Source: Klebsormidium nitens
Lineage: Eukaryota; Plantae; Klebsormidiophyceae
Assembly (NCBI GenBank): GCA_000708835.1
Contig: DF236991.1
Coordinates: 186,001-250,000, forward strand
Direction of reading: 5' to 3'
DNA: 64,000 bases
A model generated the notes under the pieces. The model was not told the origin of the DNA. It made no database searches and saw only the letters and a list, made by a program, of their open reading frames with translations. Below are positions 50,072-61,000 of the stretch, piece after piece. Positions within the stretch are counted from its first letter, which is position 1. Every line of letters begins with the position of its first letter. Position numbers and translations under genes: made by a program.

Positions 50072-53000
50072 TCAATGCTTGCCCGCCTTTTTCAAGCTTT
50101 GGTCGAAGCCCGCGAGCATCGCGTGCAGACTATCCCCCGCCCCTGCCTGCAAGAATTCGGCCATCGCCTCCACTATCTCCAATTTGGAGTAGTATAAGCT
50201 ATGGCGCACCTCCACTTGGCCGGTAATCTCCTTCTGCCTCTCCTCCAGCATCTGGGCAATGAGCATAAGCTCTTGCGTTTCGGACTCTTCCAACCCGTCA
50301 AAACACCCCGCTTTCAGCAGAGTCCCGACGACAGAATTATCCGAGTCGCGCCCCGCCTCCCTAATCCCCGCTTCTCCAACCGAACCGGCTGGCGTGAGCC
50401 TCTGAGGCTCTATTAGAAAATCGAACCGGGGCGCTTTCTGGCTGCGGGTCCCGAACGCCGTGTCGTGGTTCAGAATCAAGTTGTGCACGTTCCAGTGCAC
50501 GACCGGAGATTTTCTCTCGGGGGGTCGATTTCCCTCAGGAACAGACCCCCCGGGCCCGTTCTCCACTAGCTGCTCCAGTCTTAGCGTCTCGGAAACGGTC
50601 ACCCGAGCACTAGACACGCCCTTCTCGGCGCTCCCCGTGCCCAACACCACGTGTACCAAAACTTTTTGGAGGCCGCTTATCAGAAACCGCTTCGCCAAGT
50701 AAACCACGGGAAGCAGCACGAGGCGCAGGAAAAACGAGAGGATCGCGATCAGGATCGTCAAGACCATGATTTCAAAATTGAAGATGGGCGCTTTTCGCTT
50801 GTAGGGCAGGCAGCAGTTGGTCGGGACCGGCAAGTGGCGAAGCGTGGTCGCCCGGCGGATGTCGGCCGGGAGGGTCTTCCAAGGTTGCAAGTTGAAGCTT
50901 TGGGCGACTTCGGGCACAATGTACGCACGCACCTGAGAGACGGAGAGAAAGCTGAATTATTCCTTTTACTCGAGCTTTCTATGTTATCAACCCTGATTGA
51001 ACGGAGGCTCTTCCAAGGCTGCAGGTTGAAGCTCTGGGCGCTTTCGGGGACAATGTAGGCACGCACCTAGAGACGACCAGGAAAAGAGGGTTAGTGCTCG
51101 ACTAAGTTTTGACCAGAACGTTGGCGAGTTGGTTTTCGGTCGAGATGGTGGTCGAACTGGAGGTTCTTCCAGGGCTGCAGGTTGAAGCTCTGGGCAACCT
51201 CGGGGACACTGTATGCCCGCACCTGGAGAGAACGCGAAAAAGGGATTTAAACCTCAACCAGATTTCTAACCGCAGTATTAGCGATCGATTTTGGTCGACG
51301 TGATGTTCGAGATGGAGAGCTTTCACAATTGCAGGTTGAAGCTCTTAGCGACTTCAAACCGATGTAGGCTTGCACGAGAAAAGAAAACGAAGAGCTAGGT
51401 TACCGCTTAACCCGAGCTCTTTACGACCATCTTTTCCAAGTTAACGCCTCATTTTGGTTGAAACGGAGGCTTTTCAAGGGGTGCGAGTTGAAGCTTAGGC
51501 GACCCCAGACCATGTAGGCCCGCATGTGCAGCGAAACAGCACGAAAGCGTTCAGTGCCTGAATCGTGCCCGAGTGATTATAGCTCACCGTAGTTTACCAG
51601 AGTCTCACAACCAAGGCGTACGCTATGAGAAGATTAGGAGAGCCCCAAGCTTTGCGCACTTGCCTTCCACGTGACTGACGTCTGAGAGCCCCAAGCTTTG
51701 CGCACAACGACTTCGAAACCTTGTCGTTGTGCGACAAGGTTTCTGACTGGTCGTTAATAAACCACTTCCAATAAGGGCAGACTTCTGAGAACTCAGGAGG
51801 CAGCACTGACGGACGTATCCGCTGTGAAATAAGAACTCAAATTTCAGATTCTGGTCCTTCTGTTCCATTACGTGCAGCTTCAATTTGTGCCAATCTCACC
51901 CACGATTGGATCGAGCTCACCAACATACAAGAAGCTGTAATGAAGACATGCTTGCTTCGAAGATCGAAGTTCCTCCGACTTGTTAAAGGACATGTAACGA
52001 CGAAGGGTTCGTCTTCAAACGTTTGCTTTTCGCATGCGGAGCGGGATTTAGTCAAGATGGATCGAAGCCGTCCTTGATGCACAGATCAGCCGCTGAGAGT
52101 GTCTGATGCGAAAAGGAGGGGAGAAACAAGAGGTCTTGATAGCGAGAAGCTTTCAACACTTGATGGCCGAACCGAATAACTGGACTTCGAGCCTTCACTG
52201 CTTCAAAATCACTAGTCCTTAGATGCTGTGCACCATTCGAAGAAATCAAAACGGGTAAGAAAGGTCGGGTTTGCAGCAAGTCTGGGAGGCTGATCAAACC
52301 AGCCGCGCTTGCATTTCTGTCCGGTTCAAAATCCGAGGAAAGGAAAGAACGAAAAGCTGTCACAAGCTGGGGAAAAGGAAAGAAAGGGCAGAAAGTAGAA
52401 CGAAAAGGCATCGACCCTTACGAGCGGTGCCGTGCTCCGGAGGGCGAAGTTTGCTTCGTCCAGAATTCCGGAATGCACAACGAGGACCGCCATCTCGGCA
52501 GACCATGGCTGTTTCGTCAGATGGTAAATGTTTCCCGCGACGTGCGCGTTGGGCCGGTAAGGTTTGAGTGGGTCGATCTTCCCCTGCAAACGAGAGATCA
52601 TCTGATTTTGGTTTGCCCCCTCTCTAGTTGTCTCGGTGCCATTGGTCATTTCAACAACAGCTTAGGACAAACCGCCCCTCTAGTTGTCTCTGTGCACACT
52701 GGTCACTTCAACAGCAGCATAGAGAGGGAGGTCAAAATCCAAAATTCTCCATAAAGGGGTGCTTTTTCAATCTTGACTGAGGGATATCAGGAGTGCGCCG
52801 CTTCCTCATATTAGCACGGTTACCAAGCAGCAGTTTACAGCCCTTTTTAGTGACTCTGACTTTGTCCAAAGAGGCACTGGCTTGTCAAACGGGTGGATTC
52901 GACAGGGCCCTATCAACACCGACGGAGATGCTTCTTCTCGCCCTTTCTTCTGGTTTCAACCAGTCTCTGATCCTCGAGAAGCGAACAGTCTCCTGATCCA

Positions 53001-54259
53001 AATGTTTCACATGAGCTTCTTTGTCCACCAGACCTTGTAAGTGCCCCTTTGACAAGACGTTCCGATTGCACACCCTAGCAGTTTCTAAATGTTCTCAGAG
53101 CTCTCCGCTCAGAAGAGAACCGCAACGTGCTCCTTGGACTTTTGCGGCTTGCCAAACTAATCAAGACACCAGGCAGCTGCGCTAACTCGGAACTCTTTAC
53201 AGAACACAATGACCATTCAGCGCTTTTCATGTGCGTTCTCCGTAGAAACCCAACAAAAGAATGTCTTGACAAGGTTGGCACGGGAATGCCATAACAGGTT
53301 CCAGAGCTTACCTGAAACGTGTCCAGGAAGATTGCCATGCAGAACCCGAGGACCACACAGAGATAGCCGACAATGTGCCACGCTCTGCTGTCATTCCAGC
53401 CAGTAATGCTGAGACTGATCCCCCAACTCGTCAGCATGATTGTAGCAAACCAAAGCGCTGCAATCGTCGATTCCGGGTTCGGCGTCTCGCGTTTGGTCAG
53501 GAAGGGGGTTCCGAGGAAGACTAACCGCCCCAAGGGGTTTGCGTCGGAGAGAGACGGGTAGTGCATTCGCACGAGATCATCCTGGTCGAGGGGGCTCAGT
53601 TGCTCCGCTAGTTCACCCCCAAACCCTTCCAGAAACTCGGCAACAACGCCCGTTTTCGGACCGTCCGAAATCGCCGCCATTCGATTTGCTGCCGCCGTGC
53701 GGGAGCTACTGCAGAGCCACCTCCAACATGAGGGCTTCTTTACACCAACAAAGACCTGCTTGACGCCCTCCTCCCCGATCTCACCAAGAATAATTTCAAC
53801 CGCCCTCAGCACGACGTTTCCGCCGTGGCTGTGCGCGATCAAATGCACAAGCGCCCCCGGCTGCGCTTTTCTGATCTTCATAATCCGCTCCGCCAGTTTT
53901 TGCGCGCCTTCTTCTCGGCTTGCATCCGAGTTCTTCGCCGCCCAAAAGAAGGGCTCAGTGACCTCCTCAATATCTGGATCAGAAATGTCCCCCCAGACTG
54001 CATCCCCAGGGATCCCCCCGCGCCCTTGCGTAACATTCTTGTCGAGCGCTTCTCTCAACTTCTCGCAGAATGGGAGCCCGCTTCTCGTGGCTCCGCCTGG
54101 GGCCCACCATTTCTGATGCAGGTCTAGAAACTCCCCTCCAGGCCCCTGTTTCGGCGCGTTAAACGTTCCGTGGACTACGAGCACGTAGTGCTTGCGCTTG
54201 GGGGGGGGCGCCTCGACATCGGCCGTCTCATGATCGGGTGGTTTGCCGTTCCAATCCAT
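50072..54259 (-). CDS. Alpha/beta-hydrolase-fold membrane protein, paralog 2 (3 exons, about 656 aa)
   Basis: Exons 54259-53312 (948 nt), 52583-52422 (162 nt) and 50932-50072. Highly similar protein to 43761-48218 with the same intron positions. Confidence 0.8.
51000..51545 (-). repeat. Echo array of the exon-3 acceptor in hydrolase paralog 2 (paralogous array at 44730-45085)
   Basis: ttcca.ggctgcaggttgaagctctgggc....tcggggaca.tgta.gc.cgcacct.gaga at about 51010 and 51165, degenerate at about 51325 and 51470. True junction at 50932. Confidence 0.88.
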
Positions 54260-55888
54260 AATGCAGGAAAATGCAGAACGTCGTGCATGGAGGACAATTG
54301 AGAAACTATGTGATGCTGCTATAGGACTTATTGGTTGCGCAGAGGGAGGAGAGAACTAGCGGCAACTGACTGGTGCGAAGCTAGCTGATTGCCCTTTCTC
54401 CAATGCCAATCAGCTTGTCTCTTTCCTTTCAGCTTCCTATAACTTGTATAAGGGAGGCCGGTTCTTGGTGGGGTTTGCCAAGGCCATGCCGCTCAAACCC
54501 ACAGGGTCGATGATCGAAAGCGTCCTGGGCCTTGACCAAACTCTAGATAGCTTGAACTTGAAGTTCTGGTCGAAAAGATGCTGGTCGGAGAGTCTACAGA
54601 GCGACGACGGCGGTCGCCAACGAGCAGGTCATTTCAAGGAAACGGCAGCCGCTTTTTTATGCAGTGTCGAACCAGCCCAGATTCCTTTGGTCCAAAGCGG
54701 GTCACCGAACTTTCAACACCGGTGCAATTCGCCCGGCACCTCTGGCGACCAATCTCAAGGTCCCCAAGGTTGCTATTGATCAGCGCCTCAACTGTGGTAC
54801 TAGCGCTGTTTGCCAGCTCAAAAGTCTGAGCTGGACTTTGTGAAAAGGCGGCTTACTGCTTAATCTTCTGCACTTACTGCTTAATCTTCAGCTTTCTCAA
54901 GTACTTCGCAATGCTGCCTGCAGAGTGGTTCCTCGAATGCAGAAGTGCTGAGACAACTCTCTGCGCTGGCCTGCTGGTCTAGCGCTTTGGCAACTTGGAG
55001 GATTGCAGCGAGGCTGCCGTGCTGGATACGAGTAAGTCTGCTGGCAAACATAAAGTATCAGTGCTTACAAAAGCATTTTCCTTTTTGCTAGAAGTTGGCT
55101 TTTACAGAACGGTCTCTAAATGCTGACTTGAATTGCTTTGACATTCAACTGCTCGACAAGGGTGTGTACACGTACTACACACTTCTATCTGCTTCATTTA
55201 GCTGCTTTCCATTGCCTTCTTCAGAGCATTAGTAGTGTACTTCAAGCACACATCGTTCTGCAAATGATCACTGTTCATTACTTCTGTTCATGTTTGTTCA
55301 ATGATCAGCTCTGAGTTTTTGTTCAAGTAACTGTTGCCTTTCAGGGGCTTCTGCTTGCGGGAAGCTCTGCAACAGTCAGTTAAACCTTTGCACTGAAGCC
55401 TCATGTTGCTAACTTAGAAGTAAGGTAGCGTTTGAATCTGGAAGTTGCCTATGGCATGGTGCAGAATCAATGTGACTGCTGAAGCCGACGAGGCTACAAA
55501 GGAAGCTGGGTTTGAGGACTGAATGTAATTCCCTTCATCTGACTGAATTGACAGAAGCTTGGGATCTGCTGATGCATGTTCTGAAGAGCACCACAAGTTT
55601 CCAGACCTGGACAAACAGTCCATGCTTCACGGATGAAGGAGCAAGGTCTAGATTGAGGCATCCGCGTCTCTTCTCATCTTTCGTGGTTGTTGACACAGAT
55701 ACATAGTTGATCAAATCAGTGAGGCACAGGCAAGGGCCGACTTTAACAACGCGGTGCTTGGTTGGTACGCAAGTGCACATTACCAGCTTCAAAGTACAGT
55801 TTGTCCAGCTCCCAGCTTGGACTAGTTTTCTTTTAGCCAGTGAGCCACAGGTCACACACAGAGAAGAGTGAATATTTGGGAGGACCTC

Positions 55889-56660
55889 ATGAGCAGCAGC
55901 GCTCTCATGAGGGTGGCGCCACTTATCTGGCCAAGTCAAAGCCCTCCCTTGGCTTACAATTCCTGTAATAGACGAGCTGCAGTTGTAAACACGTCGGTTC
56001 CAAAAAGGTGGACTCGTAGCTGCGTCCACTGGCGCTGCTGTAGTTCAAAGTCGGACGACGAGTCTTCAGCTGAAGGGCCTTCCGCCAAAGACTTGGACAA
56101 GGACTTACGTTATAGTCTTGATAAGCCTAAGTCAACAGAGAAGGTATGGGAGCGAGCAATCTGGACGAGGAGGAGTTGTTCAGGGCCTATAACCGTGAGG
56201 AGCTTGAATACCGTATGTCGGACGAGGAGTGGGAAGCGATGGTCGAACATCTGCCCCCGGGCCAGCAGCAAGAAGAAGCAAGAGAACGAATCAGGATAAT
56301 GAAGGAGAAAGAGGAAAAGGCAGACGAAGAGCTTAGACAAAAATGCAGAAAAATTGCGGAGGAATTGAGGAAACAGGAGCCCAGTGAACCTGCCCCGTCA
56401 ACGGAGAAGGTATGGGAACGAGCAATCTGGACTGAGGAGGAGTTGTTCAGGGCGTATAACCGCGAGGAGCTTGAATCCCGTATGTCGGATGAGGTGTGGA
56501 AATTGATGGTCGAAGATCTGCCCCCGAGCAAGAAGAAGCAAGAGAACAAATCAGGATAATGAAGGAGAAACAGGAGAAGGCAGACGAAGAGCTCAGACAA
56601 AAGTGCCGAAGAATTGCAGAGGACTTGAAGAACCAGATTGAACGCAGTTATCCGGCTTAA
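55889..56660 (+). pseudogene. Frameshifted ORF with two tandem repeats of about 85 aa (STEKVWERAIWTEEELFRAYNREELE.RMSDE.W..MVE.LPP...charged helix) and a transit-peptide-like N-terminus
   Basis: Direct repeat about 56130-56375 and 56397-56640. Copy 1 lacks one T (tggac-gagg versus tggactgagg) and copy 2 lacks 7 nt after CCC CCG, so neither reads through. This explains the split ORFs 55868-56299 and 56146-56559. Confidence 0.55.
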
Positions 56661-58029
56661 GGTCAGAAGACCTTGGATCTTAAGGCACACGTTTTGATAA
56701 GTACGCGCCTTCTTGACAAGCGCGGCCGTCCCTTTTGAAGTCTAGTCTCGAGTTGGAGTCTCAGAGCCGTGGCCTAGTCACTCCATCTGCAGCCCGTCTG
56801 GCAGGCTTCTGAGTTTGTGAAATGATGGTTATAAAAGCGCTCTGAATAACCGTGATGGATCATTGCTTGACTCGAACGCCCGATCCGACGGTGGATATGC
56901 AAACAAGTAGGCGCTAATTGTTCGCATCTCCTAGCTATATACTTTGTATGCATGTACTTCGGCGGGCCTGTACTAACGACGGTACTTCATGCACAGACAA
57001 CTAGTAGCTTACGAATTGGCTGCGCAGCCTTAAACTTGTTGCCAGACCATGCGCCATGATGTCAGTGTGTATTATCTTGCATGCCATGATGCATCAGTCA
57101 CGTGTGCAGTAAATTGTCGACAGCTAGGAATCAGCTCAAGAAGCTATAGAACTTCGGAAATAAAGGCACCTACGTCGGCAGGTACTTAATGGAACAATTG
57201 GACCCAACTTGCCTGGACTCGGTGCGTATACGATTATGTGTACGTTTACAAACTTCAATAGATCTGCGAGGGTTCGATCTCAGTCCGCATGCACACGCTT
57301 TGAGCTGAGTCGTTGAATGTGCAATGATTTCGGACCATGCACTGGCACTGAGTGCACTTGAATTCCGAAGCTTGGGCCTGATATGATTGTTCGCCATGAG
57401 TCGTGCACTCAAGCTTGTACCGTACATTGTATGTTGAGCTACATGCATAAAAATCATTACAACCTGACGTACTTCAAGAGCGACCGGACTCACAACTTGC
57501 CACCTGTTACGGACGGTGCCGCAGACGCATCTTGTCATGATTGAAGTCGCCACAATTATGCTCCAACCTTACTTGGCGGCTGGCCCCGACCGTCTCAATT
57601 CTCTGATCTAACCGAGTAAATCGAGCTGGACTTGACACGCCTGAGGCTCAACTTGGCATTGACTCGAACAAATTGTAAAGCAAAGGCACATAAATTCTTG
57701 ATGGCAGCGCATCTTATTGCACAGCCGCGTTCTGCAAAAGGGTTGTTCTTACATGCGACGCGGTTCACCACCATCCGGAAAGGACGATCCTTGAGCAATC
57801 TCAAGAGTCCCTCATAACGAAGCAACTGTACATCAAATGATGCGATGTAGTGTAAGTTACACCCGCAACCCCTCAGGGTGTTTCTTATCAAGACAAAGCT
57901 GCCGCTTTACGCCTAAGCACTACTTATTTCTAACTGGCCTGTATACACGAACTCGACCCGTAGTGCCGCGCAAAGTCAAACGTCCATAAGCATACGAGCA
58001 CGGCCCGACCCAACCGTGTTCTTCGTGCA

Positions 58030-61000
58030 TCAGTCGGTCTCTGTGGAGGCCGCTCGTGGGCTCAACGCCGCCTCCTTACGGCACTCCTTTTTGTGCTCCG
58101 GCCAATCCAGCTTTTGGCACTGCACGGAAGCAACTGACTTCGTGAATGAAGGGCAGCGTTGGAGTTGGCCGTTTTACGTGTTCTCGCAGCCAACAATCAG
58201 TCGGTCCTGCCCTGTGCCATTTTCCAGGAAGTATGGCCAGGACGAGCTCAACGGTTCAAAAGAATTCCAATCGGCTCGCTCAAGATTGTAAACTCGGGCT
58301 GCGATCTGCCGGCTGAACCTGCAGAACCAAGTGGTGACCCGGGCAGAACTGCACGGAACCTTTAAGAAATACTGGACTTCGGCGAATCAGAAGGAGCACG
58401 CGATCGAGCACCACGACAGAACAGCAGACCAACGCTGTTCCTTCCGCGCGTCAAGTTAGGTCAGGACGCTCACAAACCAACTAGGAAGACTGTAGCAAAC
58501 AATGAAGGCGAGGGCGCTTTCGACTTGGTTACTCGGATCCTCAAGTAAGGGTGCGCTCGATCAATTTACAGAACTGCGCGCGATGCATGTACCATCTTGG
58601 ATCCCCCAACTCTTGTACAATAACAAGCCACACTAAGTCTGTTGCCGCTCTGCTGTTGACGTGATTAAGTCCGTTCAGATTACGCTCCCAGCCCTCTGAC
58701 AAGTACCAAACAAGTCCTATCGTAAGAGGCTTTGTTCAACATACCCGACTCCGGCAAAGATGCACTGGGTGCTTTTACGCCGTAAGCAGTTTCCACTCTC
58801 CAATCTAAATGTCACAAAGAATAGCTGTGAACATCGGAACGGTTGTGAACAAAGCTCACCTCCGGCCCGCAGTAATGCACCCGGGCGCACTGCCCGCACT
58901 TCTTATATCTTTCAACGTCCGGGTCCAGGTTCCGCCACTCCACGTTGCACCGCGCGCACGTCTGCGGCGCCTTCTGCTTCTTCTTCAGCTTCTTCGCGAG
59001 CTCGTGGCTCCGCCGCCGCGCGATGCCGCGCTCGTTGTTGGTGTCCGTAAGGTACTTGTGGGTGATGACGGTCGGGTGGTTGCTGGTCTCGCGGAAGTTC
59101 GCAGTCAGCCCTTCGTGCAAAAAGATCTCGCTGCAGAAAAACGGCGCATATCTTAAATTCAAGAGTTGCGCCCATTAGATACTGCGGTTTGAAGCGCTCT
59201 CAAACGTTTTAAAGAATGTGTGGGTGATCATTGCCGGGTGCTTGTTGGTGCTGAGGAACGATGCGGTCGGCCCTTCGTGCAGGAAGATCTGGCTGCCAGA
59301 AAGAGAGAGCAAGATTCTCAATACACAAAGAGACCTCTGCGAATATCCCGAGAAATACAGACAAAAGTTGGACTCGCCGTCAAATACTTGTGGGTGATGA
59401 CCGCCGGGTGGTTGCTTGTCTCGCGGAAATCCGCGGTCAGCCCTTCGTGCAGGAAGATCTTGCTGCAGTAAAACGGCGCATATTTTAAATTCAAGAGTTG
59501 TGCAATTTAGATAACCCGGTTTGAAGCCCTCTCAAACGCTTTGGGGAACGCGTGGGTGATGACGGCCGGGTGATTGCTGGTCTCGCGGAAGTTCGCGGTC
59601 AGCCCTTCGTGCAAAAACATTCGCTGCAGAGAATAAGTGAAATCAGACTCTCAACAACCGACGTCCGTAGACCCTCCACTGAATCGCTTTCGACGCGTTC
59701 AAAGGCGATGAAAAAGATTTGGGTGATGACGGCCGGGTGGTTGCTGGTCTGGCGGAAGGATGCGGTCATCAGTTCGTGCAAGAAGATCTCGCTGCAGAAA
59801 GAGTGGCGCGAAATACACATTCAATCTTTGCATGTGTAAACGAAATAGCAACTACAGATAAGAGTATGTCTCAACGCCCTCGAAGGCATTCAGGTACTTG
59901 TGGGTGATGACGGCCGGGTAGTAGCTAGTCTCGCAAAATTTCGGGGTCAGCCGTTTGTGCAGAGGATCTCTCTGCACCAAACGCCGCGGATTGGAGGTTC
60001 AACAGTTTAAATTGCCATTAAGCGCTCTCAAACGTTTTCAAAGAATGTGTGGGTGATGACGGCCGGGTGGTTGGTGGTCTCGCGGAAGGATGCGGTCAGC
60101 CTTTTGTGCAAGAAGATCCCACCGCAGAAGAATTGGCGATTTCAAGAACGTTTGGATGATGACAGCCAGGTTAATTTTGGTCTTGCAGAACAACGCAGGG
60201 AGCTCGCCGTGCAGGAAGATCTATGTGCTTTAAATTGGCCCAAGTCAGGATCGAAGCATTTGCACAGATTTGCCAGTGACCTTGTTCACCGCCTTCATAC
60301 ATTTTAAAGTAATCACCATCCGGTGGCGGTTGGTCTCTTGGAAGGAGAACGGAGTCAACCTTTGTTCTGAAGAAGAAAGCTTTCGTGTAAGACAGGAGGG
60401 AAGAGGGGGGGAAGTCTGCAAAGTCCTCCCTTAAAGACCCACTTGAAAGGAGGTTTCAGAGGTTTCAGAGGTGGTTTCAGAGGTGGGAAATAAGATGTCC
60501 CAGACTCATGTGGCGTACTTGATGATAATCCCCGACTGGGTGTTGAATCTGCAATACGACGCGGTCAGCTTGAAAGTTTCAAATCGGGGCACACGTAGAT
60601 GAATCCTTGAATACTCGCATCAGGAGGGGTGACGATTTCTGATGCGACGATTCCTCGGTGCTCAAACAAACAAGCCAGAGGGTCTTAAGAAGACCCTGGA
60701 TCCACTGATTCACCAGAATCTTTGAAACCCAAAAGTTAACTGAACTGGAAAGCTTCCACTCACGTGTGTTTGTAGGGGATGGTTGTGTCCCTGAGCGACG
60801 GGTCCAGCGTGCGGTCGACGAGTAAACGAATCTCTTCCAGCAGTAAGATCCTTTGCTGGAAAAGCACTAGGTCGACCATGCCTATGACAATGCCCTCTCT
60901 GCTCCACCGCTGCTTCTCGTCAGACAACTCCTTGTGCAGGTCGCTTATGCGTCGCCGCAAAAACCTGCGCGCGGATTGGGGACATAAGCTGCGGTTAGGC

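Larger units (their letters stand above)
43600..55050. repeat. Tandem segmental duplication of about 6.0-6.3 kb (units about 43600-49100 and 49900-55050)
   Basis: Paralogous exons are offset by 6041-6495 bp. Non-coding flanks are shared, e.g. ggctgcttcgcagtcaaccatgc at about 43620 and 49930, and ctggcgaccaa..tc.aggtccc at about 48702 and 54742. Introns are more diverged than exons. Confidence 0.9.

Noticed and set aside
52052-52411. 119-aa ORF in intron 2 of hydrolase paralog 2
   Set aside because: The paralogous intron sequence (45400-45900) has indels and stops in this frame, and exon 2 splices in phase directly to exon 3.
57170-57891. Two minus-strand ORFs downstream of the MYND gene
   Set aside because: No motifs, no transposase or RT signature, and lengths compatible with chance.
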